Source of the DNA: a virus
IMG/VR virus record: IMGVR_UViG_3300021960_000046
Span: 22,740-86,739 of that record
Length of the DNA: 64,000 nt
Strand: one strand, 5' to 3'
Shown: in pieces, positions 26,953 through 36,069 of the stretch
Layout of the letters: each line of letters opens with the position of its first letter
How positions within the stretch are numbered: position 1 is the first letter of the stretch
Made by a program: the position numbers and the translations under genes
Notes under the pieces: generated by a model
What the model saw: the letters and a program-made list of their open reading frames with translations, nothing else
Told to the model about the DNA's origin: nothing
Database searches by the model: none

Positions 26953-27566
26953 TAAAAGTTTCCAGAAGAATAATCGTCTGAGGATCCTAATTTTCCTCTG
27001 AACATAACATTGAACGAAATACTAACTCTATTAGTATCTGTTTCATTTACAGGAACATAATGTTTTAACCAAGACGGAAATAACATTAATCTATTTTGTG
27101 TTGCATTGTATTGCCATAGAGATGAATTGTCTGTGTTATAATTCTTAATTGTAGGTACAAGTACATCTACTGCTGGCCTAGGGTCTAAAAAAGTAATACC
27201 TGGATGTGCGTCAATACTACTAACATAAAAAACTCCACTTAACATATTGTTTGAATGACCATGTGTTCTGTGCATTTCACCTTTTTCATATACATTTGCC
27301 CACATGTCTGTAATTTCATAATCTTCATATACATACTGCATATTATCAAAATAATACTTTGTACTTTTTAATATAGTATCAGTTAATTCTGAATATAGTT
27401 TTTCATTGTGAAGATTGGCCTTTGATTGCCATTGTTTAAACTCTTCATTCTTTTTTTTGTTTTGTATATCTGATAGAATAGATAATCTTACATCATCAAC
27501 TAAGATGTTATCTTGTATTTGAATAAGTGTAGGAAATAATCTATCATAGAATATAGTTTGTATCAT
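26952..27566 (-). CDS. 2OG-Fe(II) oxygenase (HxH, TIGR02466-like)
   Basis: WAN, HGH.N..LSGVFY, DPRP, FPSWL.H.V, RVSISFN. Confidence 0.87.
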   Translation of the reverse strand: MIQTIFYDRLFPTLIQIQDNILVDDVRLSILSDIQNKKKNEEFKQWQSKANLHNEKLYSELTDTILKSTKYYFDNMQYVYEDYEITDMWANVYEKGEMHRTHGHSNNMLSGVFYVSSIDAHPGITFLDPRPAVDVLVPTIKNYNTDNSSLWQYNATQNRLMLFPSWLKHYVPVNETDTNRVSISFNVMFRGKLGSSDDYSSGNF

Positions 27567-27991
27567 ATCGCACCACTAGTAAACTTACGCCATTCAATTG
27601 CGTTTCTTATTTGCCAATCTCTGCTTGAGATTTGTCTTAAAGTTTTATCTAAGTAATCTACTATAGTTGACAGATAGTCAACCTTTTGTTTTGCTTTGAC
27701 ATATTCTACATCTGATTTAATGTATTGGTCAACATCTTGTTTCAATACTTTTAAATTAAATGGATTGTCAATGTATGTTTGTTGGTCTGATTTGCCTGTG
27801 TAATATTCCCACTTGTCTCTTTGTGTGGTAATTAATTCAGCTTCAGCTCTGCTTAATAACAACTTAAAGTTATTAAGATGTTTCATATATTTGTTGTGTA
27901 GTTGAGGAGTTTTCAGCGATTCCAAATCAAGTTCAGTATCGTTGAGTTTCATATCTTTCTCAACTAAATCTTGTAGTTCTTCTAAAGTCAT
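27563..27991 (-). CDS. uvsY: UvsY recombination mediator
   Basis: LD.ESL..PQLH.KY, WEYY.GK, R.WQI.NAIEW.KF..G. Confidence 0.93.
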   Translation of the reverse strand: MTLEELQDLVEKDMKLNDTELDLESLKTPQLHNKYMKHLNNFKLLLSRAEAELITTQRDKWEYYTGKSDQQTYIDNPFNLKVLKQDVDQYIKSDVEYVKAKQKVDYLSTIVDYLDKTLRQISSRDWQIRNAIEWRKFTSGAI

Positions 27992-28011
27992 AATATCTCC
28001 ATAATCTTACT

Positions 28012-28040
28012 ATAATAACACAAAAACTTTAAAATGTAAA
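28012..28040 (-). promoter_or_regulatory. sigma70-type promoter for uvsY
   Basis: TTTACA-N17-TATTAT. Confidence 0.5.
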
Positions 28041-28044
28041 GCTT

Positions 28045-28671
28045 TTAAGAGGTTACGGTAGTTGTTCTACTATCACCGGCACTTGCAAATTCATATTGTC
28101 TGTACTGAAATGAAACGGTAGCGGTTAAGTAATCCACATCTGTGGCTTGTTGTGTGTAGTTCAATCCACTCAATGATACTGGATAGATATCTGTAAATCG
28201 TACCTCAGTAACAGGATTGTTTTTACTTGTTAGTATTGTTAATGTTGCGTCTGAATATACTGCACCTTGTGATGTTGCACCATATTTAACTTTACCAGGA
28301 TCCGTTGACAAATTGGCACCACTTGAAGTAGGAAATCTATCTCCGCCAGCTCTTAACAAATCTCTGTATTGTTTATTATCTGTAGGAAAACCTAAGCCTG
28401 ATAACCAACCAAATATTTCTTGGTAGTTTTCTAAGTTTTCATCTACTAAGAATGACATCTCAATATTAGAAAAGTCTAGTTTATCTCCAGGTAAAGGAAT
28501 GTCAACTAGAGGTGTTTGAAAAGTTCTAGTTGGTAATGATACAGCTGGAATGTTTACAGCAGTACAGAAATATTCAACCTTAGGCAATTTAATAATATTA
28601 AACTTAAACTGCGTAGGTGAAGCATAGTCTGTTTTTGTAGGCTGTCTGCCATATGAATTAATAGTAGTCAT
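28045..28671 (-). CDS. gp3: tail completion / tube terminator protein (gp3)
   Basis: P.VEYFC..VNIP, FLVDE.LENY.EI..W, F.D..P.SLS, F.Y; position after gp23. Confidence 0.88.
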   Translation of the reverse strand: MTTINSYGRQPTKTDYASPTQFKFNIIKLPKVEYFCTAVNIPAVSLPTRTFQTPLVDIPLPGDKLDFSNIEMSFLVDENLENYQEIFGWLSGLGFPTDNKQYRDLLRAGGDRFPTSSGANLSTDPGKVKYGATSQGAVYSDATLTILTSKNNPVTEVRFTDIYPVSLSGLNYTQQATDVDYLTATVSFQYRQYEFASAGDSRTTTVTS

Positions 28672-28722
28672 TTTTTAACCTTTTATAATACAGGACTATT
28701 TATCCACTCCAGGAAAAAGGCC

Positions 28723-28753
28723 AAAAAAAAGGGGGCGTGAAAGCCCCCTTTTT
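28723..28753 (-). terminator. rho-independent terminator after gp23 (bidirectional)
   Basis: A8-GGGGGC-N6-GCCCCC-T5. Confidence 0.88.
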
Positions 28754-28774
28754 AATATAGTAACTAAACTGATA

Positions 28775-30115
28775 TTACATTAAGTTTGCAACTTGCACTC
28801 TTTGGTAGTATCTGTTTGAGTTAGCAGAACCAGCGTCATTTACTGCTGAAGCAGCACCTGAAATCGCACCAGTTTCCGCAAATGGGTTCGCTACTAGACC
28901 ATATCTAGTTTTGAAACCGATTTTCGGCTGGAAAGTGTCCTGACCAACTGCTCTAACCATTTGTAAAGGTACATATGGGCAGTAGAATAAACCTGCGTCA
29001 TATGGTGAAGTACCTTTGTAACCAATAACATAGTATTGTTTACTAGATGAGTTAGCAGAGTACGGATCAATGTACACTTTGTATCTGCCGTTAAGAACAC
29101 CAGCAAATGTATTGCCTGTGTCATCAACTGATAGATTGTTGTTTAATGCTGGAGTATAGTCTAAAACGCCTGCCATTTGTAATGCACTAGCAACATCAGC
29201 AGAACAGATAATAATATTACCTTTTCCTCTTCTTGTTCTTTGTGCAATTCTGTTAGCGTCTCTTTCTAATTGGAACATCAAACCTTTAAATCTTTCAACT
29301 GACCATCTTCCGTTGGAATCTGTGTCTAAGTCAAAGATACCTGGTGTTGTAACATTACCAGTTTGTGCGCCTTTTTCAGCATTGACATAAACCGTTCTTA
29401 CAACTTCTCTGTTGATTTCCGCAAGGATCTCAGCAGATAGAATGTTTGCAAGTTCAGTCTCAGCGTCTAAACCATGGATTGCTTTTAAGTCTTGTGCAAG
29501 TTCCATAGTGTATTCTGCTTTAAGAGCTCTTGATTTAGCAGTCACCGTTGATTTCTCAATTGAGAATGCCATTTCAGCGAATTGGTTTCCGCTGTCATCA
29601 CCTAGAGCTTCAGCAGCTGCTGTAGTCATTCCACCACCTTTTGTGTAAGTACCTGGTGAGCCGTCATTTAATACAGCTGGGTTAGTACCTGAGTGGTCTT
29701 CTGTAGTGAAGCCATCAACGCTTGAACCAGCAGCGTTTCGACCTGTATAGTCGGAATCTGCTTCGTCAAACATAGCTTCTTGTCCAGTTTGTGAAGTATA
29801 TCTACTTCTCATTGCAAAGATAAGGCCAGTTGGTCCAGTCATTGGCTGAACGCCAGCGATATCATATGCGATTAAGTTTGGCATAGCTCGTCTTACGAGT
29901 GAAATTAGGATTGGGTCCCAATTTGCTACACCACTACCTGTAGAGTTGGTAGGAGCTGCTTCAGACATAAACGCTCTGTCTTCTTTTAAAGCTGCTTCCT
30001 GGTTTTCCAAGATTACAGATGTAACGGCACGCCTATAAGGATCCGAGATTTTTGGTAAATCCGGATGCTCTAGGACTGGCTGCCATTTTTTTTCATGTGT
30101 TTCTGAAAGATACAT
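28775..30115 (-). CDS. gp23: major capsid protein (gp23)
   Basis: LVRR.MPNL, GVQPM.GPTGLIFAMR, SRALKAEYT.ELAQDL.A.HG.DA, FQP.IGFKTRYG. Confidence 0.99.
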   Translation of the reverse strand: MYLSETHEKKWQPVLEHPDLPKISDPYRRAVTSVILENQEAALKEDRAFMSEAAPTNSTGSGVANWDPILISLVRRAMPNLIAYDIAGVQPMTGPTGLIFAMRSRYTSQTGQEAMFDEADSDYTGRNAAGSSVDGFTTEDHSGTNPAVLNDGSPGTYTKGGGMTTAAAEALGDDSGNQFAEMAFSIEKSTVTAKSRALKAEYTMELAQDLKAIHGLDAETELANILSAEILAEINREVVRTVYVNAEKGAQTGNVTTPGIFDLDTDSNGRWSVERFKGLMFQLERDANRIAQRTRRGKGNIIICSADVASALQMAGVLDYTPALNNNLSVDDTGNTFAGVLNGRYKVYIDPYSANSSSKQYYVIGYKGTSPYDAGLFYCPYVPLQMVRAVGQDTFQPKIGFKTRYGLVANPFAETGAISGAASAVNDAGSANSNRYYQRVQVANLM

Positions 30116-30142
30116 GTATTTTCTCCCTATTGCTTTTTTCCG

Positions 30143-31327
30143 TTAAGATATTTTAATATCTTTTGTTTTACTTATAGCGGCGGTATAAGCAGCCATTGCA
30201 TTTGATAGGTCAACATTATCTGTTGAACCACCAGCCGCCACATCCTCTAAACTCTCATTTACATTTGATTTTTTGATTCCAAAGTATGATTCCTTAACGG
30301 TCTGTACCTTGTTTCTAAAATCATCAGCAGATGAGTATTCAATTTCTTCTGTCAGTTTGAAAAACTTTTCTTTAGATGTATCTGCTAAATCGTAAGCTGC
30401 TTCAGCTATGATTTGCGTTCTTACATACTCAGAGTTTTGTTTTGCAAGACTAACATTCTTCTCAACCTCTTCATTGAGTTTGTTTTCCAAAGTCTCAATC
30501 TTTTGTGCTTGGTCTTCTAGCACATCATATTTTTCATCTGGAACATCAATGTAGTGGTCTTCGAAAAGTTTTTTCAAGCCAGAAATAAAATCTTCAGCGA
30601 TTTCGCCTTTGATTCCTCTTTCTAATGCAACTTCGTTGTCTTTCATCCACTCTTCTACTACATAGTTCAAGTAGGAATCAACTTTTTCAACGAGTTCTGC
30701 TTTAGCTTTAGTTGTCTCTTCTTCGAATTTAGTTTGAAAGTCTGTTTCCATCTCTTCAGCGATTTCTTTTACTTTAGATTTAATCGCCGCTTCGAATACG
30801 GTTGCAGCTTTCTGTTTAAATTCTTCGGATAAGTCTGCTTCTCCAGCTACAAGAGCGTCAACATGTTCAGTTACATCTAAGTCTTCTTGTTTAGATTTGT
30901 AACCTTCTTCTTTGTCGCCGTCTTTTTTATCTGCTTTCTTGTCTAAGTATTTTTTTAGACCGTCTGGCATTTCGCCTTCGTTTACAACTTCATCCGATTT
31001 TTCTGTTTCTTCGACTTTAGCACTTTGACCTGGTGTTGCAACCTTAGTTACACCAGCATCCGTGTCAGGATTACCAGCAGTATCAGGTGTTCCACCTTTG
31101 TCAGCAGTAGCGCTAATTTCGTCAGAAACTTTTTTAGTTTTCTTTGTTGCGTCAGGATTGCTGTCTGTAGGTTTAACTACCGCTGGACCTAAATCTTCTG
31201 CCTCATTTGACAAATGAGTAGGCTCAGCCGCTACAGCATTCTTTTTGGGAGCGTCCGCTTGTGGATTACTAGCCTCTGCCACAGCTGCCGCTTCTAACGC
31301 CTCAATTTTTGTTTCTGTATCGGCCAT
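30143..31327 (-). CDS. gp22: prohead core scaffold protein (gp22)
   Basis: LSEEFK.KA..VFEAA, VD.YL.YVVEEW; acidic coiled coil; synteny. Confidence 0.92.
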   Translation of the reverse strand: MADTETKIEALEAAAVAEASNPQADAPKKNAVAAEPTHLSNEAEDLGPAVVKPTDSNPDATKKTKKVSDEISATADKGGTPDTAGNPDTDAGVTKVATPGQSAKVEETEKSDEVVNEGEMPDGLKKYLDKKADKKDGDKEEGYKSKQEDLDVTEHVDALVAGEADLSEEFKQKAATVFEAAIKSKVKEIAEEMETDFQTKFEEETTKAKAELVEKVDSYLNYVVEEWMKDNEVALERGIKGEIAEDFISGLKKLFEDHYIDVPDEKYDVLEDQAQKIETLENKLNEEVEKNVSLAKQNSEYVRTQIIAEAAYDLADTSKEKFFKLTEEIEYSSADDFRNKVQTVKESYFGIKKSNVNESLEDVAAGGSTDNVDLSNAMAAYTAAISKTKDIKIS

Positions 31328-31394
31328 TGAGAATTCTCCCCTTTATTAGTCGTTTCTTAAAAATAAAAAACTAGTTTTTTGTTTTTTCATAAGA

Positions 31395-31402
31395 TATTTA
31401 TA
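31395..31402 (-). promoter_or_regulatory. T4-type late promoter for gp22-gp23
   Basis: TATAAATA. Confidence 0.8.
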
Positions 31403-31404
31403 CT

Positions 31405-32049
31405 TTATAGATTTTTAAGAAAGTTTGCAAAGACTTTTGCCTTAGCTTCCGCTAATGCTCTGCTCTTAGCACTCTTAATCTCATTCTTCCAAGCTTCAAT
31501 ATCTTTCTCAATTAAAACGCCATTATTCCAAACCCACTCTTTATTTTCCATAATGCCTTCTACGAAAGCGTCTGGAGCTGAGGGGTCAGCAACAATGTCG
31601 GCGGCAGTAGCTAGATAAAAGTCATCTTTGACCACATTAGCTCCACCTGATTGCATAATAGAACCCATACCTCGACTAGATACTCCTAATTGAGCACCTT
31701 CATCAATAAGACTTTTTACAATCTTACCGTATGGTGTGTCCATTATCTTTGCTTCACCAATAAAATTATTACCATCTGGATAGAGCTTGCTAATCATATG
31801 ACTAACTCTCTCTAAGTTTACGGTTGGACCATCTGGATGACCTAACTCGCCAAAAGCTCTTTTCTTATTGATAAATTCTCTATTATAACGATTTACTTCT
31901 CGTTCTAAAATTTGTTTTGGATAAACTCGTCCATTTCTATTCTTCAATTCTGATTGAAGGAATATACCTCTAATTTTGTATTCTTTTTTACCGTTATTCT
32001 CTTCTATAAGATATTCGGCATTTGATACTTCTTCGGAAATAAGTTTCAT
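31405..32049 (-). CDS. gp21: prohead protease (gp21)
   Basis: NRNGRVYP, GELGHP, GVSSRGMGS, DIVADPSAPDA. Confidence 0.97.
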   Translation of the reverse strand: MKLISEEVSNAEYLIEENNGKKEYKIRGIFLQSELKNRNGRVYPKQILEREVNRYNREFINKKRAFGELGHPDGPTVNLERVSHMISKLYPDGNNFIGEAKIMDTPYGKIVKSLIDEGAQLGVSSRGMGSIMQSGGANVVKDDFYLATAADIVADPSAPDAFVEGIMENKEWVWNNGVLIEKDIEAWKNEIKSAKSRALAEAKAKVFANFLKNL

Positions 32050-32067
32050 AGTTCTCTCTCTGTCTAT

Positions 32068-32075
32068 TATTTATA
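32068..32075 (-). promoter_or_regulatory. T4-type late promoter for gp21
   Basis: TATAAATA. Confidence 0.75.
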
Positions 32076-32082
32076 AACTTTT

Positions 32083-32478
32083 TTACCTAAACTCTACAAT
32101 TATTGTGTAATTATCGCCATTAGCAAAGTTTCTGGTTGATAATAATACATCTCCAGTAGCTTCTAAAGCGTTATTATTTAACTCATTACCAGCGGCTCTA
32201 AAGTCCCAATACCCATTTCCACTTAAAATAATCGCTGTGGTATTAGCATTTGTGCCTGCCCATAGTAACTCAACAGCTGACTTAGGATTGGTACAATTGA
32301 TAGAGTACCATATCTTACTAATCTTTTTAGTATTGTCTTCACTCATAAATGTTGTTGCTGAAGCGTCAACTTTAGTGACTAAGGATTCTCCTGTTCCATC
32401 TGAATAGTTGGTCATCTTAACAACATACTTAACACCTGAAGTGTCTGCTATTGTTTGTGTTGTAATCTGGTCTGCCAT
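32083..32478 (-). CDS. hypothetical virion protein
   Basis: 131 aa ORF in the head module; beta-rich composition. Confidence 0.6.
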   Translation of the reverse strand: MADQITTQTIADTSGVKYVVKMTNYSDGTGESLVTKVDASATTFMSEDNTKKISKIWYSINCTNPKSAVELLWAGTNANTTAIILSGNGYWDFRAAGNELNNNALEATGDVLLSTRNFANGDNYTIIVEFR

Positions 32479-32481
32479 TTC

Positions 32482-33447
32482 TTATAAACCCCATTTCGTT
32501 GTCAAGTATGATTCCACATCTGACATTTCTGCACTTGATAGTGCTTTGTTAAACATTAAAAATTCTGCTACATCACCATTCATAAACTCAGCGCCATCAT
32601 CACAACCTATAAAGATTGTTCCGTTACTTGCACTAGTTGTAGCACCTACGGTACCTGTGAATGTTAAAGTTTCTGCTGTGCCATCAATTCTGTAAACTAA
32701 TCTAGTAGCATTATCAGCTTGAGTACCATCAAATTTTAAAGTGTGAATATGAAAATCTGCATCAGCAGCCGTACCTGTATCAGCACTTGCACCTGCCATT
32801 GATACATTATAATTTGTGTCTATAAAAATACCCATATCTTCTTGGTCAGTTGTTGTAAGTGTACGAGTTCCAGATGTACTAGTAAATTTTGAAACTGCTA
32901 TTATTGTCATACCTGATAAACTTTGAGCCCACGCAACAGGATTAATACTTAAACAATCATCTGTTCCATCAAATCTTACAACTGACTTAGAATTTAAAAC
33001 AGAAGTTCTAAATGTAGGTCTTGTTGTTGCACCACCAACAGAATTGGCGTTGTGAGCAAAATTAGATTTATCTGTCCATTGTGTAAATATACTGCCGTCT
33101 GTAACAGCAGGAACAAATTGACTATTATCTGCACCATCAAACCAAGATTGTAGAGTTGTAGCTGCGTCTGATACAACTGCTGTAATCGTATCTAATCCAC
33201 CGCCAGCTGCTAGTTGTACATCATAGTAACCTTTATAAAGTTCTCCACGCTCAACACTATCTGCTGTTGTTCTACATCTAATATAAACTTGTAGAGTATC
33301 ACCAGTTACGGGTCTAGTCCATGTTCTTATGCCACTAACAATAACTGAATTCGCACCATCAGCTGAATCCGGATATGTGTTGCTAATTGTAGCAGCGTCA
33401 TCATATTCCCAAATGCCGTTAGAACCAGGTACTGATACCCATGCCAT
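32482..33447 (-). CDS. virion protein with a LamG/concanavalin A-like domain
   Basis: WFD..D, W.DKS, VRFDG.DD.L, G.VAE...FN.ALS..E...VE.YL..KWG. Confidence 0.7.
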   Translation of the reverse strand: MAWVSVPGSNGIWEYDDAATISNTYPDSADGANSVIVSGIRTWTRPVTGDTLQVYIRCRTTADSVERGELYKGYYDVQLAAGGGLDTITAVVSDAATTLQSWFDGADNSQFVPAVTDGSIFTQWTDKSNFAHNANSVGGATTRPTFRTSVLNSKSVVRFDGTDDCLSINPVAWAQSLSGMTIIAVSKFTSTSGTRTLTTTDQEDMGIFIDTNYNVSMAGASADTGTAADADFHIHTLKFDGTQADNATRLVYRIDGTAETLTFTGTVGATTSASNGTIFIGCDDGAEFMNGDVAEFLMFNKALSSAEMSDVESYLTTKWGL

Positions 33448-33449
33448 GT

Positions 33450-33695
33450 TTATACTTCTCCTAATTGTGTTTCTACTTCTTTATCAATATAGTTGTAGAT
33501 AACACTTGTGTTTATATTATGAAACTCGGCAACTTTGTTAACTGCGTCTTCCACATTGTCAACTATATTACCGTCTTCGTTATTACACAATTTAAAAAAG
33601 TCGTTGACCGCCTCTTTATGTAAAGGCGGTAAACCATTATATGTCTTTGTATCTATTTCTGATTTAGAAAATAGATTACTTAGTTTCTGCTTCAT
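33450..33695 (-). CDS. small hypothetical protein (prohead core region)
   Basis: 81 aa ORF between the gp67-like gene and gp21. Confidence 0.55.
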   Translation of the reverse strand: MKQKLSNLFSKSEIDTKTYNGLPPLHKEAVNDFFKLCNNEDGNIVDNVEDAVNKVAEFHNINTSVIYNYIDKEVETQLGEV

Positions 33696-33969
33696 TTGGT
33701 GTAAACTCTATCTGTGAACCGTCTGTATGAATAATATCAGCGGTTGTTGGACTAGGGTCAGTCACATGTGGTTTAGGGTCAGAAAAAGCAGTAGCGCCAT
33801 CTTGTGCGTTATCTGGTGCTTGTGCAAAAATACTTCCTGCAACTTCTTGCCTTTTCACATCCAAAGCAGAACCAACTTTGTCTCTTAATGCGTCTTTAAA
33901 ATGTTCGCCAGCACCGACATTATCGCCAGTTGCTAATGCGTCTATAAAGTTTTTAGTAGCTTCACTCAT
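33676..33969 (-). CDS. prohead core protein (gp67-like)
   Basis: FIDA...GDN..A...F...L..KV..ALD..R.EVA; directly after the portal. Confidence 0.6.
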   Translation of the reverse strand: MSEATKNFIDALATGDNVGAGEHFKDALRDKVGSALDVKRQEVAGSIFAQAPDNAQDGATAFSDPKPHVTDPSPTTADIIHTDGSQIEFTPNEAETK

Positions 33970-33980
33970 GTTTTATCTCC

Positions 33981-35492
33981 TTAAAAGGTATCTTTCATAG
34001 CGCCTGTATCAGGTGCCGAAATAATACCATCTTCAACTTCTCGTTTAATTTGTTTGTTGATATCTTCCATTTCTCTATCGTTCTGTTTAAGAACCTGTCT
34101 TCGAATGAAATCAACTGAATAATACTTACCAACATAGTCTCTCATAGCGTCTGCAAGTCTTAATCTTTCTAACATCATTTCGCTTTCTTTTAACTCTGCA
34201 AAATGACCGTCTGCTAAGAAATCGTATTGTAGGGTATCTCTAATATCCATCCAATCTTTCTCAGCAATAACTTTCTTTAAAACTAACTGAGTTCTAAGTA
34301 TGTCATTAAACAACTCAGTAAATTTCTTTCTTAGTCTTTGAACAAATTTAGTAAACTTTAATTCATCTCTTGTAATTTCAGTAGAACGGCCAAGATTAAA
34401 ACCTTGTGAACCTTCTAATCTACTTACTGGTACATTTAATGAACGATATAGTTTTGCTCTAAAGTATTCAATGTCTGCAATCTCACCTAAATTTTGACCG
34501 CCAGGCAAAGTAGTAATATCAGTACCTCTTCCACCTTCTCTACTCGGTAACCAAAAATCTTCCAACATTGACATATAGTTTCTGTCATCTCTGATTTCTC
34601 CTGTGTTAGCGTCATATACAAGTTTGTTTCTGTATCTTGCCATCACATCTCTAAGGTATTGTTCAGCCTTAACTTTAGGTAAATTACCTACATCAATCTT
34701 AAAAATTCTTCTTTCAGGCGCTCTAGCAATTCTGTAAATTACCGTAGCGTCTTCAATCATTCTTAACTGATTGACCGGTTTAATTGCCTTGTGTAAGTAT
34801 GACAAGACTTGATTTTTATTTTGGTCAATTACACCAGACGGTACAAAAGCAATTGCGTCTGTAGCAATCTTAATACCACCAGATGTAGTGTTAGTTACAC
34901 CTTTTTCATTGAAAAGGAAGTATTCTTCGAATTCATCAACAACTGATAGGCCATATGGTAATGGACCATCAGGTCTTTTCTTTCTAACTTCTCTAATCTT
35001 TTTAATTTTACGAGGGTCAATATATCGTAACTCTGTGATACCTCGGACAGGACTATCCCTATCAATTACTTTATGAAAATATACTCTACCATCAACATAC
35101 CATCTTCTAAATATGTCGTGGCCTTTAGTATTAAAATTTAACAACCTTAATACTTCTTTAAATTCGTCTTCGATTTTTCTACCAATTTCTCTGCCGAAAG
35201 GTAACAACTCAGTATTAACTCTTACTGCGTCTTTCATTTCGTTTGCTACGATAGCCTCATTAATAATATCCTCGATTGCCATGTCGCACTCGGGGTGTAA
35301 TGAGATTTCTCTATATCTACGGATTAAATCTGCCTCAGTTTTGGCACTACCTTCCATATCAAGGTATTGACCAAAATAGCCACCGGCGGCGATGGTTTGT
35401 GTACCATCATCCGCCTGTGGTTGTGTGAAGCTTTGTTTTGGATCCGCCTCTTTTTTGAGACGAGTGATAGAAAATCCAAATAGTTCAGCCAT
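33981..35492 (-). CDS. gp20: portal protein (gp20)
   Basis: SYLHKAIKP.NQLRMIED, RAPERR.F.IDVGN.P, EDFWLP.REGG.GT. Confidence 0.98.
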   Translation of the reverse strand: MAELFGFSITRLKKEADPKQSFTQPQADDGTQTIAAGGYFGQYLDMEGSAKTEADLIRRYREISLHPECDMAIEDIINEAIVANEMKDAVRVNTELLPFGREIGRKIEDEFKEVLRLLNFNTKGHDIFRRWYVDGRVYFHKVIDRDSPVRGITELRYIDPRKIKKIREVRKKRPDGPLPYGLSVVDEFEEYFLFNEKGVTNTTSGGIKIATDAIAFVPSGVIDQNKNQVLSYLHKAIKPVNQLRMIEDATVIYRIARAPERRIFKIDVGNLPKVKAEQYLRDVMARYRNKLVYDANTGEIRDDRNYMSMLEDFWLPSREGGRGTDITTLPGGQNLGEIADIEYFRAKLYRSLNVPVSRLEGSQGFNLGRSTEITRDELKFTKFVQRLRKKFTELFNDILRTQLVLKKVIAEKDWMDIRDTLQYDFLADGHFAELKESEMMLERLRLADAMRDYVGKYYSVDFIRRQVLKQNDREMEDINKQIKREVEDGIISAPDTGAMKDTF

Positions 35493-35527
35493 AATAATAT
35501 TCCTCTTTAGGACTACTTATCCAACGA

Positions 35528-36055
35528 TTAAGTAGTCGTATTTGTTTCAAAGTATTGATAAGCAAATGTAACGGAAAATTCTTCAACCGCTGTTGCTTCA
35601 TCATATGTCAACTCAATAGGAGCAATTGTAGTAGGAAATACACCTCTTAAAGTGTAAGACTTAATAGTTGCACCGTTTCTATCTAACTGGTCAACAAATG
35701 CGTCAACTTGATAATCCGCTGGGTTAGTCAAGCCTTCGTTATCTGTCATATTATTGATACCATTTGACCATCTTTCAAACGCATTTCTTAGTTTGAAATT
35801 TGTATCATTGATAACCGTAATTGACCAATCGTCAATCGTTCTATCTCCTGCAATCTTAATACTTCTACCTCTGAAAGGCACATTAAAACTAGGTACGGTC
35901 ATACCTGGCAATGATGTTGCTCTGCATAAGAAAGCAAGGTCTTCTATTTCGCCACCAACTTGTGCGTAACCAGGAAAAGGCATTGTTACCTTAAACTGAT
36001 TGGCTCTTGCGCCGCCGCCAGCAAGTTTAGCTTTGAAGTCGTTAATGTTCGCCAT
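35528..36055 (-). CDS. gp19: tail tube protein (gp19)
   Basis: GGAR.NQF.V, F.GR..K.AGDRT..DW..TV.ND. Confidence 0.96.
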   Translation of the reverse strand: MANINDFKAKLAGGGARANQFKVTMPFPGYAQVGGEIEDLAFLCRATSLPGMTVPSFNVPFRGRSIKIAGDRTIDDWSITVINDTNFKLRNAFERWSNGINNMTDNEGLTNPADYQVDAFVDQLDRNGATIKSYTLRGVFPTTIAPIELTYDEATAVEEFSVTFAYQYFETNTTT

Positions 36056-36069
36056 TTTCTATTCTCCCC

